Numbered from the stretch's first letter, positions 8,481 to 18,264 are shown. The stretch: 40,079 nt of DNA from Gemmatimonadota bacterium (GCA_016209905.1 JACQVG010000018.1:1-40079); one strand, 5' to 3'. Notes: generated by a model not told the origin, from the letters alone. Numbers and translations: made by a program.

Positions 8481-9710
8481 ATGACTCGAACCGCCGAGTA
8501 CCTCGACGAAGTCGAGCGGTGCAGTGCGCGCAACTACAAGCCGCTTCCCATCGTGCTGGAGCGAGGCGAGGCGGCCTGGGTCTGGGATGTGGAGGGCAAG
8601 AAGTACCTCGACTGCCTGAGCGCGTACTCCGCGCTCAACCAGGGCCACAGGCACCCGGCCATCGTGAGGGCGGCGAAGGAACAGCTCGACCGGCTCACGC
8701 TGACGTCCCGCGCCTTCCACAACGACCGGATGGGGCCGTTCCTGCATCAGCTCTGCGAGCTGGCCGGTTTCGCGAAGGCGCTCCCTATGAACACGGGCGC
8801 CGAGGCGGTCGAGACGGCAATGAAGGCGGTCCGCAAGTGGGGCTACCGCGTGAAGGGCGTGCCGGAGGGCAAGGCGGAGATCATCGGGTGCGAGAACAAC
8901 TTTCACGGGCGCACGATCTCGATCATCTCCTGGTCCACGGAGCCGCAGTACCGCGATGGCTTCGGGCCGCTGACGCCGGGCTTCACTCTCGTTCCCTACG
9001 GCGATGCCGCGGCGCTCGAGCGCGCGATCACGCCGAACACGGTCGCGTTCATCGTCGAGCCGATCCAGGGGGAGGGCGGCGTGATCGTGCCCCCCGCCGG
9101 CTACCTCAAGCGGGCGCGGGAGATCTGCACCAGGCACGGCATCCTGTTCGTGGCGGACGAGATCCAGACGGGTCTCGGCCGGACCGGAAAGATGTTCGCG
9201 TGCGAGTGGGAGGGCGTCCGCCCCGACGCGATGATCCTCGGCAAGGCGCTCTCCGGCGGCCTGTATCCGGTCTCGGCATTCCTGGCCGACGAGGCGGTCA
9301 TGGGCGTCTTCACCCCGGGGGACCACGGCTCGACGTTCGGGGGCAATCCGCTGGGCGCGGCGATCGGTTGTGCGGCGCTGCGGGTGTTGGTGGAGGAGAA
9401 ACTCGCCGACCGGGCGCTGGAGCTGGGTGGGTGGTTCCTGGCCGAACTCCGGAAGATCGGTTCGCCGCACGTTGCCGACGTCCGCGGGCTGGGCTTCCTG
9501 ATCGGGGTCGAGATCAGGAAGGCGAGCGGTGCGGCGCGCCCCTACTGCGAGGCGTTGATGGAGCGAGGCATCCTGGCCAAGGAGACGCACGACCAGGTCG
9601 TGCGCTTCGCGCCGCCGCTCGTGATCGCGAAGGCCGATCTCGAGTGGGCTCTCCCCCGCATCGCCGAGGTGCTGGCGATGAGTTTCGAGCCGGCGATGGC
9701 GGCGCCCTAG
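8481..9710 (+). CDS. rocD: Ornithine--oxo-acid transaminase
   Basis: YLDCLSAYSALNQGHRHP, LTLTSRAF, PMNTGAEAVET, EPIQGEGG, DEIQTGLGRTG, LGKALSGG, HGSTFGGNPL. Confidence 0.95.
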   Translation: MTRTAEYLDEVERCSARNYKPLPIVLERGEAAWVWDVEGKKYLDCLSAYSALNQGHRHPAIVRAAKEQLDRLTLTSRAFHNDRMGPFLHQLCELAGFAKALPMNTGAEAVETAMKAVRKWGYRVKGVPEGKAEIIGCENNFHGRTISIISWSTEPQYRDGFGPLTPGFTLVPYGDAAALERAITPNTVAFIVEPIQGEGGVIVPPAGYLKRAREICTRHGILFVADEIQTGLGRTGKMFACEWEGVRPDAMILGKALSGGLYPVSAFLADEAVMGVFTPGDHGSTFGGNPLGAAIGCAALRVLVEEKLADRALELGGWFLAELRKIGSPHVADVRGLGFLIGVEIRKASGAARPYCEALMERGILAKETHDQVVRFAPPLVIAKADLEWALPRIAEVLAMSFEPAMAAP

Positions 9711-9717
9711 ACCGGCC

Positions 9718-9771
9718 TGAAGGAATCTTCACCCTCGATTCACGGTTGTCCCCCACCGCCCCGTCTACGTT
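9718..9771 (+). promoter_or_regulatory. nos operon promoter with TGAA-N6-TTCAC-N6-TTCAC box and -10 TACGTT
   Basis: Same architecture and spacing as 18205-18258 and 18944-18997. Confidence 0.65.
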
Positions 9772-9800
9772 CCGCCGCATCTTATCCGAAGGATCGAGCA

Positions 9801-10217
9801 GTGTCGGCAGTTCGATTCGTGCCAGCGCTCCTCGCCGTGCTCGCGCTCGCCGCGTGCAACCGGGCGGACTCGGCGGACCGGGAAGAGCGCGAGGAGCGGG
9901 CTGAAGAGAACCCACTGATCGAGATGCAGCCGGAGGCGGCGCGGCGCGACCCCCGGACGCAGATCTTCCTCGCCAGGGGCTGCGCGCAGTGCCACGCGAT
10001 CAGCCGCCTGCAGGTGGTCTCGCCGACCAACGTCGGCCCCGACCTGAGCACCGCGGCCGCCGACGTGCCGCGGCGGTTTGGCGTACAGCTCGACCAATTC
10101 CTACGCAGCCCGACGGGCACCATGCAGATCGTGCTCTCGGGTCAGATCCAGCTCTCGGTGCAGGAGCGCGATTCGATCGTCGCCCTGCTCCGCCGGCTCG
10201 ACACCAACAACCCGTGA
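9801..10217 (+). CDS. Monoheme c-type cytochrome lipoprotein
   Basis: Lipobox LALAA-C; heme motif CAQCH; GPDL; distal Met candidate in PTGTM. Confidence 0.88.
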   Translation: MSAVRFVPALLAVLALAACNRADSADREEREERAEENPLIEMQPEAARRDPRTQIFLARGCAQCHAISRLQVVSPTNVGPDLSTAAADVPRRFGVQLDQFLRSPTGTMQIVLSGQIQLSVQERDSIVALLRRLDTNNP

Positions 10218-10243
10218 CCCGCTCACGGGGGAGGCAGCCGACC

Positions 10244-12157
10244 ATGCAGCGCCCCGCAGTGCTTCTCGTCACCGGACTCGTCGCTGTGGCGGGCTGCGGT
10301 CCCAGGGGAACCCAGGGCCGCAACGCCCAAATCGCCGACGTGGCCACGGCTTCGCGAGCCACGTACGTCGCGCCCGGCCGGCAGGACGAGTTCTACCTGT
10401 TCTATTCCGGCGGCCACTCCGGCCAGGTCTACGTCGCCGGCGTGCCCTCGATGCGGCACATCTCGACCATCCCCGTCTTCGCACCCTACCCGGCGACCGG
10501 GTACGGCTTCGACGAAGACAGCCGCCGCATGCTGGGCGAGTACAGCTGGGGCGATGTGCACCATCCCGCCCCGAGCCGCACCAACGGCGACTACGACGGC
10601 CGGTGGCTGTTCGTGAACGACAACGCGAACAATCGCGTCGCCCGCATCGACCTCCGGGATTTCAAGACCAAGCAGATCCTGGGTCCGATCCCGAACTCGA
10701 GCGGGAACCATGGCTCCTCGTTCACGACCGCGAACACCGAGTACGCGCTGGTCGCCTCGCGGTTCTCGATTCCGATCCCGAAGGGCACGGTGGCGCCGCT
10801 CGCGCGCTACGCCACCGACTATCGCGGTATCGTGAGCGGGATCAAGATCGACAGCGCGACCGGCACCATGTCGCTCGACTGGCAGATCGAGACCCCGCCC
10901 ATGAACTGGGATCTCGCGTCCACCGGCAGAGAGCTCTCCGGCGACTGGGCCGTGTGGAGCTGCTACAACGCCGAGCGCGCCACCGGTCGCCTCGAGGTGA
11001 CCGCCTCACGGCGCGACCGCGACTACCTCGCCTTCATCAACTGGCGTCGGGCGGCCGAAGCGGCCCGCGCGGGCCGCTTTCGCATGGTGGGCGGCGCCCG
11101 GGTGCTGAACCCCCGTGACGTGCCGGGCCTGATGTACCTGATTCCGCTGGCCAAGAGCCCGCACGGCGCGGATTTCTCGCCCGACGGCCGGTACGTGGTG
11201 GGCAGCGGCAAGCTCGCGCCCTTCGCCACCGTGTACGACTTCCAGAGGTTCCTCGACGCGGTGCAGCGGAACGACACGGTCGGCAACGAGGACGGGATCC
11301 CCGTCCTGCGCTACGAGTCGGTGCGCGTCGCCGAGGTGCCGGTGGGCCTCGGTCCCCTCCACACGCAGTTCGACGCGGACGGGTACGCCTATACGTCGCT
11401 GTTTGTCGAGTCGGCGATCGCCAAGTGGCGCCTCGGCCCGTTCGACGGCAACGACTCGGCGCTCGTCGTGGCCAAGATCCCGGTGCACTACAACGTCGGG
11501 CACCTCGTCGTCGCGCACGGCGACGCCCGCCATCCGGTGGGACGCTACCTCGTCTCGATGAACAAGCTGTCCCACGGGCGGCATCTCTCCGTCGGCCCGT
11601 CGCAGCCGGAGTCGAGCCAGCTCATCGACATCACCGGCAGCGGGATGACGATGCTGTACGAGGCGTACACGGAGCCCGAGCCGCACTACGCCATCCTGAT
11701 GCAGGCCGGCCTGCTGCGGCCGATCGAGGTCTACCCCCGCGAGGAGAACCGGAACCCCAACGCTATCTGGTCGCCGCAGGAGGCCCGGGTCACCCGCACG
11801 GGGAACCGCGTCGACGTGCGGATGTTCGCGGTGCGCACCTATTTCGCGCCCGACAACATCGAGGTGAACCAGGGCGACTCGGTCCGCATCTACGTCACCA
11901 ACACCGAGCAGAGCACGGACGAGCTGCACGGGTTCGGGCTCGCCGAGTACAACATCAACATCGTGATGGACCCGGGCGAGACGAAGACCGTGGCGTTCCG
12001 CGCCACCAAGCCCGGCGTGTTCCCGTTCTACTGCACGAACTTCTGCTCCGCGATGCATCAGGAGATGCAGGGCTACCTCCTGGTCCGGCCCCGGGGCGGC
12101 ACCACGGTCGCGCAGGCGCAGCGCCGTCGCAGCACGCCGCGGCATCGCGCCGACTGA
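10244..12157 (+). CDS. nosZ: Nitrous-oxide reductase, clade II (Sec-type)
   Basis: SGGHSGQ; CuZ histidines DVHH, GNHG, SPHG, GPLH, VGH, EPH; CuA LHGF...FYCTNFCSAMHQEM; no twin-arginine motif, lipobox VAG-C. ATG 10244 follows GGAGG. Confidence 0.97.
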   Translation: MQRPAVLLVTGLVAVAGCGPRGTQGRNAQIADVATASRATYVAPGRQDEFYLFYSGGHSGQVYVAGVPSMRHISTIPVFAPYPATGYGFDEDSRRMLGEYSWGDVHHPAPSRTNGDYDGRWLFVNDNANNRVARIDLRDFKTKQILGPIPNSSGNHGSSFTTANTEYALVASRFSIPIPKGTVAPLARYATDYRGIVSGIKIDSATGTMSLDWQIETPPMNWDLASTGRELSGDWAVWSCYNAERATGRLEVTASRRDRDYLAFINWRRAAEAARAGRFRMVGGARVLNPRDVPGLMYLIPLAKSPHGADFSPDGRYVVGSGKLAPFATVYDFQRFLDAVQRNDTVGNEDGIPVLRYESVRVAEVPVGLGPLHTQFDADGYAYTSLFVESAIAKWRLGPFDGNDSALVVAKIPVHYNVGHLVVAHGDARHPVGRYLVSMNKLSHGRHLSVGPSQPESSQLIDITGSGMTMLYEAYTEPEPHYAILMQAGLLRPIEVYPREENRNPNAIWSPQEARVTRTGNRVDVRMFAVRTYFAPDNIEVNQGDSVRIYVTNTEQSTDELHGFGLAEYNINIVMDPGETKTVAFRATKPGVFPFYCTNFCSAMHQEMQGYLLVRPRGGTTVAQAQRRRSTPRHRAD

Positions 12158-12218
12158 CACCCGAATGGAGCGCGGGGAGCGGCCCGGGGGCCGTTCCCCC
12201 CGCCCCGCGGTGAAGACC

Positions 12219-12869
12219 ATGGCTCTACCCGCATCGCTCCAAGGTCCCGGTCGCATCGCCCTCTGGCTCGACGGCACGCTGAACAAGCCTGCCCGCATCG
12301 CGATAGTGCTCGCAAGCCTGCTTCTCCTCGTCTCGTTCGCCCTCCCCATGTGGCGCATCACGATGTTCGCCACGCAGTTTCCGGACGGGCTGGAGATGGC
12401 GATCTACCCGCAGCGGATTGCGGGCGGCAACGGCGGCCGGGACCTGAGCGAGATCAACACCCTCAACCACTACATCGGGATGAGGACCATCCAAGCCCGG
12501 GACTTCGCCGAGATGAGGTGGATTCCGTTCGCCCTCGGCGTCTTCGTGCTCCTGGCGGCGCGCGCGGCGGTGTTCGGCAAGGTGGGCAACGCCCTCGACC
12601 TGCTGGTGCTTTTCACCTACTTCGGCCTCTTCTCGCTCGGCTCGTTCTACTACCGGCTGTACAGCTACGGTCACCAGCTCGACGCCGAGGCCCCCATGAC
12701 GGTGGCGCCGTTCACGCCGCCGCTGATCGGGCACCACCGGCTCGCCAACTTCGATGTCTACAGCTTCCCCGGCCTCGGCAGCGGGCCGTTCCTCCTCTTC
12801 GGCGCCGTCCTCGCGGCGGTCCTGGTGGCGGACTACCGGCTGAAGCGGAGGAACCGGGTGGTGGCATGA
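12219..12869 (+). CDS. nosB: NosB-type membrane protein of clade II nos clusters
   Basis: P.WRI...A.QFPDGL, EINTLNHYIGM, YSYGHQLD, PFTPPLIG...LANF...SFPG.G; directly after nosZ. Confidence 0.85.
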   Translation: MALPASLQGPGRIALWLDGTLNKPARIAIVLASLLLLVSFALPMWRITMFATQFPDGLEMAIYPQRIAGGNGGRDLSEINTLNHYIGMRTIQARDFAEMRWIPFALGVFVLLAARAAVFGKVGNALDLLVLFTYFGLFSLGSFYYRLYSYGHQLDAEAPMTVAPFTPPLIGHHRLANFDVYSFPGLGSGPFLLFGAVLAAVLVADYRLKRRNRVVA

Positions 12870-14206
12870 CGCTGCTCGCGGCGCTCCTCGCCCTCGCGGC
12901 CGACACGGTCCGCGTGACGGCCGGCGACGCGGCCGCGCTCCGGGCCGCCCTCGACTCGGCGCCCGGCGGCAGCGTGGTCGCCGTCGGCCCCGGACGCTAC
13001 GACGGGCCGTTCATCGTGACCCGATCCCTGACCATCCTCGGCGAAGGGCGACCCACGCTGGGGGGGCGGAGGCAGGGGACGATCGTGCGGATCACCGCGC
13101 CCGACGTCACCCTGCGCGGCTTCCGGCTCGAGGAGGGAGGCCCCGACACCGATCGCGACGACGCCGGCGTGCTGGTGGAGGCCGTCCGCGCCCGCCTCGA
13201 AGACCTCGAAATCCGGGACGTGCACCACGGCGTGTATCTCAAGCAGGCGCATCACGCCGTCATCCGCGGGGTGACGATCCGTGGGCGCGCGGCGCTCGGG
13301 CCCAATCAACGCGGCGACGGGATCCACTTCTACTTCTCCACCCACGTCTTCGCCGAAGGGAACGACATCGCGGACGTGCGGGACGGGATGTACTTCTCGT
13401 ACAGCGACACGACGGTCGTTCGCGGGAACCGGGTCACGCGCTCCCGCTACGGTCTCCACTACATGTTCTCGCACGCGAACCGGTTCGAGGACAACCGCTT
13501 CACCGCCAGCGCGGCAGGAACCTCGATCATGAACTCGCGAGACGTCCTCGTGCGCGGCAACCTCTTCGCGCACAACCGCGGCGTCGAGTCGTTCGGCCTC
13601 CTGCAGCAGACGACCGAACGCGTCACGCTGGAGGAGAACGTGTTCCTCGACAACGGGGTCGGCCTCTTCTTCGACGGCGCCGTGGACGGCGTCGTGCGCG
13701 GCAACCTGGTGGCAGGGAATTTCGTCGGCCTCGAGATCTACCAGAGCGCCGAGCGGAACCGCGTGTGGGACAACGCGATCGTCGGGAACAGCTACCCGGC
13801 CACCGGGGCCGGCCGGGGCAACGTCTTCTGCGTGAACGGGCGCGGCAACTACTGGGACGACGGCCGGCGGTACGACCTCGACGGCGACGGAGTGAGCGAC
13901 GTGCCGTTCGAGACGGCCTCGCCGCTGACGGAGCTGTCGCGGGGCAGACCTGCGCTGCGACTCTTCCTGGCGAGTCCGGCCGCCGCCGCGCTGGGCTGGG
14001 CCGAGCGAACCTTCCCGGTCTTCGACATCGCGTCCGTCACCGACAGCTGCCCCCTCGCCGCGCCGCCCCGTGATTGGCACGCGGCCGGCGCGTGGGAGGC
14101 GCCGCGCGGCGGGAACGGCCCCACCTTGGTAACCGCCGGGGCGACTCTGCTGCTCGGCCTCGCCCTGCTGCTCCGGGGCGCACCGAGGGGGAGGGGGCGC
14201 GCATGA
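12866..14206 (+). CDS. nosD: NosD copper-binding beta-helix maturation protein
   Basis: RGDGIH, VRDGMYF, SRYGLHYMFS, GNYWDD...YDLDGDGVSDVP; ATGA overlap with nosB. Confidence 0.93.
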   Translation: MTLLAALLALAADTVRVTAGDAAALRAALDSAPGGSVVAVGPGRYDGPFIVTRSLTILGEGRPTLGGRRQGTIVRITAPDVTLRGFRLEEGGPDTDRDDAGVLVEAVRARLEDLEIRDVHHGVYLKQAHHAVIRGVTIRGRAALGPNQRGDGIHFYFSTHVFAEGNDIADVRDGMYFSYSDTTVVRGNRVTRSRYGLHYMFSHANRFEDNRFTASAAGTSIMNSRDVLVRGNLFAHNRGVESFGLLQQTTERVTLEENVFLDNGVGLFFDGAVDGVVRGNLVAGNFVGLEIYQSAERNRVWDNAIVGNSYPATGAGRGNVFCVNGRGNYWDDGRRYDLDGDGVSDVPFETASPLTELSRGRPALRLFLASPAAAALGWAERTFPVFDIASVTDSCPLAAPPRDWHAAGAWEAPRGGNGPTLVTAGATLLLGLALLLRGAPRGRGRA

Positions 14207-14922
14207 TCTGCGTCGAGCGGCTGACCAAGCGCTTCGGCTCCCGGGAGGCCCTGCGCGACGTCTCCGTCTCGGTCGCTCCCGGCGAAGTGGTGGCCGTCGT
14301 CGGAGCGAACGGCGCCGGGAAGTCCACGCTGCTCAAAGCCGTGGTCGGGATCGTCCGGCCCAGCGGCGGACGCATCACGGTGGGCGGCCACGACGTCGAA
14401 GCCGAGGCCGTGGCGGCGCGCCGTCTCGTGGGGTACGTGCCCCAGCGGCTCGCCTTCCCCGACCACGTCACGCCCCACGAGCTGTGTCGCCTGGTCGGCA
14501 CGCTCCGGGGCGTGGGGGCATCCGACGCCGACGCCGGCGCGACCCTGGACGCCGTGGCGCTCGGCGAGCGCGCGCGCTCGGGGGTGCGGGACCTCTCCGG
14601 AGGCCAGCGGCAGCGGCTGTCCCTCGCGCTCGCCCTGGTCGGCGCGCCGCGCGCCCTCGTTTTCGACGAGCCGTCCATCTCACTCGACGCCGACGGGGCG
14701 GAGGTCGTTCGCGCGGCGATCCTCTCCGCCAAGACCCGAGGTGCGGCGATCCTCTTCGCGACCCATCACCAGCACGAGGTAGCGGCGCTGGCAGACCGTG
14801 TCGTGGTGCTCAGCCACGGGCAGGCGGTGGCCCGGGCCGGGGCCGCCCAGATTCAGGGGCCGGGCAGTTTTGAAGCGTTCTATCGCGACGCGCTCCGCCG
14901 TGAGGTGTCCCGTGCGGCGTAG
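14203..14922 (+). CDS. nosF: ABC ATPase NosF
   Basis: GANGAGKST, LSGGQRQR, LVFDEP, H-loop; lies between nosD and the permease. Confidence 0.88.
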   Translation: MICVERLTKRFGSREALRDVSVSVAPGEVVAVVGANGAGKSTLLKAVVGIVRPSGGRITVGGHDVEAEAVAARRLVGYVPQRLAFPDHVTPHELCRLVGTLRGVGASDADAGATLDAVALGERARSGVRDLSGGQRQRLSLALALVGAPRALVFDEPSISLDADGAEVVRAAILSAKTRGAAILFATHHQHEVAALADRVVVLSHGQAVARAGAAQIQGPGSFEAFYRDALRREVSRAA

Positions 14923-14946
14923 CCGGCACCGCCCTGAGGAGCGGCC

Positions 14947-15825
14947 GTGACGACCGTCGCCGAGCCGGCGCCGCTCAGCTTCGCCCGGCCTAGGGCGATC
15001 CGGCCGCTCGGCCGCCAGCTGGCGGCGCTCGCCCGCTACGAGCTCGCCGTGGAGATGCGGGGCAGAATCCTGCCGGTCTTCGCCGTCGGCTTCGCGCTCG
15101 CGGCGCTGGCGGTCGCGCTCGTGGGTATGTCGGCGGGCGGCACGATCCTCGTGCAGGGATTCGGCCGGACGGCGGTCAGCCTGCTCCAACTCTCCCTCTG
15201 GGTCGTCCCGCTGGTCGGGCTGGCGGTGAGCGCTCTCGCCGCAGCCGACGGCTACGACATGGAGACGCTGGCCGCGCAGCCCATCGGCCGGGGCACCCTG
15301 GTCGTGGGCCGCGCGCTCGGGCGCTTCGTCGCGCTGGGCGCGGCGGTGGCGGTCGGTTACGGCGTGGCGGGCGTCGTGATCGCGGGGGCGGCCGGGACGG
15401 GCGACGCGCTGCGCTACCTCGGCCTGGTGGGCGTGGCGGTCGCGCTGGCGGCAGCGAGCACCAGCCTCGGCACGCTGGCGGGCGTCGCTGCGCGCACCCG
15501 CACGCGAGCGCTGGCGCTCGCCGTCGGACTGTGGTTCGTCCTCGCGCTGGGGTTCGACCTGGCGGCCATCGCCGCGCTCGGCGTTCTGCCGCGCGCCCAG
15601 CTGACCTGGTGCCTGTCGGGGCTCCTCCTCCTCGACCCGGTGGATACGGCGCGCGCCATCGGCGTGGGTCTCCTCGGTGCGGAGGCGATCGCCGGGCCGA
15701 TGGGCGCGGCGCTGCGGCGTGTCCTCGGTCCTTGGGGTCTCTTGGCGTTGTGGGTGGGGCTCGCGGCGTGGACGGCGCTGCCGCTCGCCCTCGCGGCCCG
15801 CCTCTTCGCGCGCCGTGACCTCTAG
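14947..15825 (+). CDS. nosY: ABC permease NosY
   Basis: Multi-TM protein; FGRTAVSLLQL...VPL, ETLAAQPIGR, LLLLDPVD..R. Confidence 0.85.
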   Translation: MTTVAEPAPLSFARPRAIRPLGRQLAALARYELAVEMRGRILPVFAVGFALAALAVALVGMSAGGTILVQGFGRTAVSLLQLSLWVVPLVGLAVSALAAADGYDMETLAAQPIGRGTLVVGRALGRFVALGAAVAVGYGVAGVVIAGAAGTGDALRYLGLVGVAVALAAASTSLGTLAGVAARTRTRALALAVGLWFVLALGFDLAAIAALGVLPRAQLTWCLSGLLLLDPVDTARAIGVGLLGAEAIAGPMGAALRRVLGPWGLLALWVGLAAWTALPLALAARLFARRDL

Positions 15826-15943
15826 GCCAGGGAGGCTTCGCTCGGCTTTGGCGCCCCCGTCGCGGGGAGCCGAGTATCGTGACTTGACGTCGCCGGGGGT
15901 GGAACGGGAATGGAGCGGGGCCCCGGGACAAGGAGTGGGCGCG

Positions 15944-16864
15944 ATGACGTGGAACCCCATCATCGTCGGCGTGGACGGCTCGCAGGAGTCGGTGCGGGCG
16001 GCGGTCATCGGATGCGCGGTGGCGAAAGCGGCCGGCACGGACTGCCAGCTCGTCCACGCGGTGCCCGACTACTGGGGGGCGACCTGGATGCCCGAAGTCG
16101 CGGGCGACCCGGCGGAGTTGAACGAAGCGTTGAGAGGCCACGCCCGCACGCTGCTGGTGAGCGCGCTGGAGGGAAGCGTGCCGAGCCGGCTGCTGCGCAA
16201 CCTCGACGTCCGCGTCGGCCGGGCGCCGATCGTGCTGGCTCACGTGGCGGCCGAGCGTGGTGCCGGGCTGGTGGTGCTGGGCGGCAAGCACCACAAGGGC
16301 CTGGGCCGGCTGGGCAGCAGCACGCTGCAGCACATGGTGCGCACCTCCGACGTCCCGCTGCTCGCCACGGACGGCACCTCGGGAACCGTCGAGCGCGTGC
16401 TCGTAGCTGTGGACCTCTCGTACGCCGCCAGGCCTGCCATCGAGGCCGGTGAGCGGTTCGCCAAGCTGTTCGACGCGCAGCTTCGAGTCATGCACGCCGT
16501 CGAGCCGGTCCCGGTGATCCCGGGCTTCCCGCTGGACATCGGCGACGACGACTGTTACCGCAGCGTCGAGCGGCTCCTTGAGATGACGGTGTGGCCGCTC
16601 GTCGAAGCGCCGGGAGCGGAGAAAGTCGTGCGGCGGGGGCGGGCGGCCGCGGTCATCGTCAGCGAGGTGACCCAGTGGCGGGCGGACCTCGTGATCGTGG
16701 GCTCGCACGGGAAAGGGTGGGTGGACCGGCTGCTGATCGGCAGCACGTCGGAGCGGCTGCTCCACCTCCTGCCTACGCTCACGCTCGTCATCCCGGTCGC
16801 CAGGCCGAGCGATGCCGGCCCTCTGCCGGCGGTCGCGCCGCCGCCGGCCGGCACGGCGAGGTAG
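15944..16864 (+). CDS. Tandem-domain universal stress protein
   Basis: IIVGVDGS, second domain VLVAVDLS, ADLVIVGSHG...LLIGSTSERLL; AGGAG ribosome-binding site. Confidence 0.92.
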   Translation: MTWNPIIVGVDGSQESVRAAVIGCAVAKAAGTDCQLVHAVPDYWGATWMPEVAGDPAELNEALRGHARTLLVSALEGSVPSRLLRNLDVRVGRAPIVLAHVAAERGAGLVVLGGKHHKGLGRLGSSTLQHMVRTSDVPLLATDGTSGTVERVLVAVDLSYAARPAIEAGERFAKLFDAQLRVMHAVEPVPVIPGFPLDIGDDDCYRSVERLLEMTVWPLVEAPGAEKVVRRGRAAAVIVSEVTQWRADLVIVGSHGKGWVDRLLIGSTSERLLHLLPTLTLVIPVARPSDAGPLPAVAPPPAGTAR

Positions 16865-16938
16865 CCGGACCGCCGCCCTAGACGTAGGTTTCGCGCGGAC
16901 CCCCGCGGACCCCCGCGGCCGCTCGCGCCGAGGACCGG

Positions 16939-18207
16939 TTGCCTTCCCACCGCACCGCCGGAGAGCCGCTGACCTCCGACCCCGACACCTTCCGCATCCG
17001 GGAACGGTTCGAGCGGCTGCTCGCAGCCGGGATCTCCATCTCCTCCGAGCGCTCCCTGGACCGCGTGCTCCAGCAGGTCGTGGACTCCGCGCGCGCGGTC
17101 GTCGAGGCGCGCTACGCCGCCCTTGGCATCCTGGGCGAGGACGGCGCCACGCTGGTGCGCTTCGCCGCGTCGGGCCTGAGCGAGGCCGAGCGGGAACGAA
17201 TCGGCGCCTGGCCGCGCGGCCGCGGGCTGCTCGGGGCGGTGATCCGGGATCGGAAGCCGCTGCGCATCGCGGAGATCGGCGCCCATCCGGAAGCCTACGG
17301 CTTCCCCGCCCACCATCCCGCCATGCGCTCGTTCCTCGGCGTCCCCGTCGTCGGGCGCACGGGACCGGTCGGGAACCTGTACATGGGCGACAAGATCGGG
17401 GCGCGCGAGTTCAGCGCGGAGGACGAGTCCATCGCCGTCCTCCTGGCGGCCCAAGCGGCGGTCGCGGTGGAGAACGCCCGACTCTACGACGAGACGGCCC
17501 AGCTGCTGGGCAGGGTGCAGGCGATGCAGCGCCAGCGCGATCAGTTCTTCGCCATGATCAACCATGAACTGCGCAACGCGCTGACCGGTGTGTACGGATG
17601 GGCCGAGCGGCTGCTCCGCTCCCATTCGGGAAGGGCGGCCGCCCGCGCGGCGCGGGAGGTCTACGAAGGAGCGGAGAGGGCGGTCACGCTGATGAACAAC
17701 CTGCTCGACCTGAGCCGCCTGGACGCCGGGAAGGTGCAGGCGGTGTGGCGCCAGGCCGCGCTCCGCGACGTCGTCGAGCGCGCCCGGGCTCTCGTCCAGC
17801 CGGCCGCGGATGCCAAGCGGATCGCGCTGGAGGAGGAGTTCCCGGAGCCCTCGCCCCGCTGCCGCACCGACACCATGCGCTTCGAGCAGATCCTGGTGAA
17901 CCTGTTGAGCAACGCCATCCGCCACAGCCCGTCCGGCGAGACGGTCGCCGTCAGGGTCGAGACCACGGCGGACGAGATCCTGGTGCACGTCATTGATCGC
18001 GGGCCCGGCATCCCGCTCGAAGCGCAGGGCAAGATCTTCGAGCCCTACATCCGCGTGGACCCGGAGTCCGGCCTGGGCTCGGGCCTGGGCCTGCCCGTCT
18101 CGCGCCGCCTGGCGGAGCTGCTGGGCGGCCGGCTGAGCGTGCACAGCGCGCTGGGCCGCGGCGCGACGTTCACGCTGGCGGTTCCGAGCGCTCCGCCCGG
18201 CGAATGA
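16939..18207 (+). CDS. Soluble GAF-domain sensor histidine kinase (DosS/DosT-like GAF with HisKA/HATPase)
   Basis: ARYAALGI...PRGRGLLG...HPEAYGFPAHHPAMRSFLGVP...GNLY; H-box HELRNAL; NLLSNA, DRGPGI, GSGLGL; no TM segment. Start uncertain. Confidence 0.9.
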   Translation: MPSHRTAGEPLTSDPDTFRIRERFERLLAAGISISSERSLDRVLQQVVDSARAVVEARYAALGILGEDGATLVRFAASGLSEAERERIGAWPRGRGLLGAVIRDRKPLRIAEIGAHPEAYGFPAHHPAMRSFLGVPVVGRTGPVGNLYMGDKIGAREFSAEDESIAVLLAAQAAVAVENARLYDETAQLLGRVQAMQRQRDQFFAMINHELRNALTGVYGWAERLLRSHSGRAAARAAREVYEGAERAVTLMNNLLDLSRLDAGKVQAVWRQAALRDVVERARALVQPAADAKRIALEEEFPEPSPRCRTDTMRFEQILVNLLSNAIRHSPSGETVAVRVETTADEILVHVIDRGPGIPLEAQGKIFEPYIRVDPESGLGSGLGLPVSRRLAELLGGRLSVHSALGRGATFTLAVPSAPPGE

Positions 18208-18258
18208 ACCTTTCTTCACGCCGGGTTTAGCGGCGATTCAGCCGTCGCGAGGTATGGT
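18205..18258 (+). promoter_or_regulatory. Response-regulator promoter with shared box, likely leaderless
   Basis: TGAA-N6-TTCAC-N6-TTTAG-N6-TTCAG-N11-TATGGT; ATG 7 nt after the -10, no Shine-Dalgarno. Confidence 0.65.
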
Positions 18259-18264
18259 GCCCGA

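Noticed and set aside
9989-10243. N-terminal extensions given by the ORF track (nosZ, nosD, tnaA, aldolase, second permease, dat)
   Set aside because: They overlap upstream genes; downstream starts fit the ribosome-binding sites, stop/start overlaps and family N-termini.
16894-16918. 10-bp tandem repeat CGCGGACCCC, 2.5 copies, before the kinase
   Set aside because: Short and GC-rich; likely slippage with no other support.
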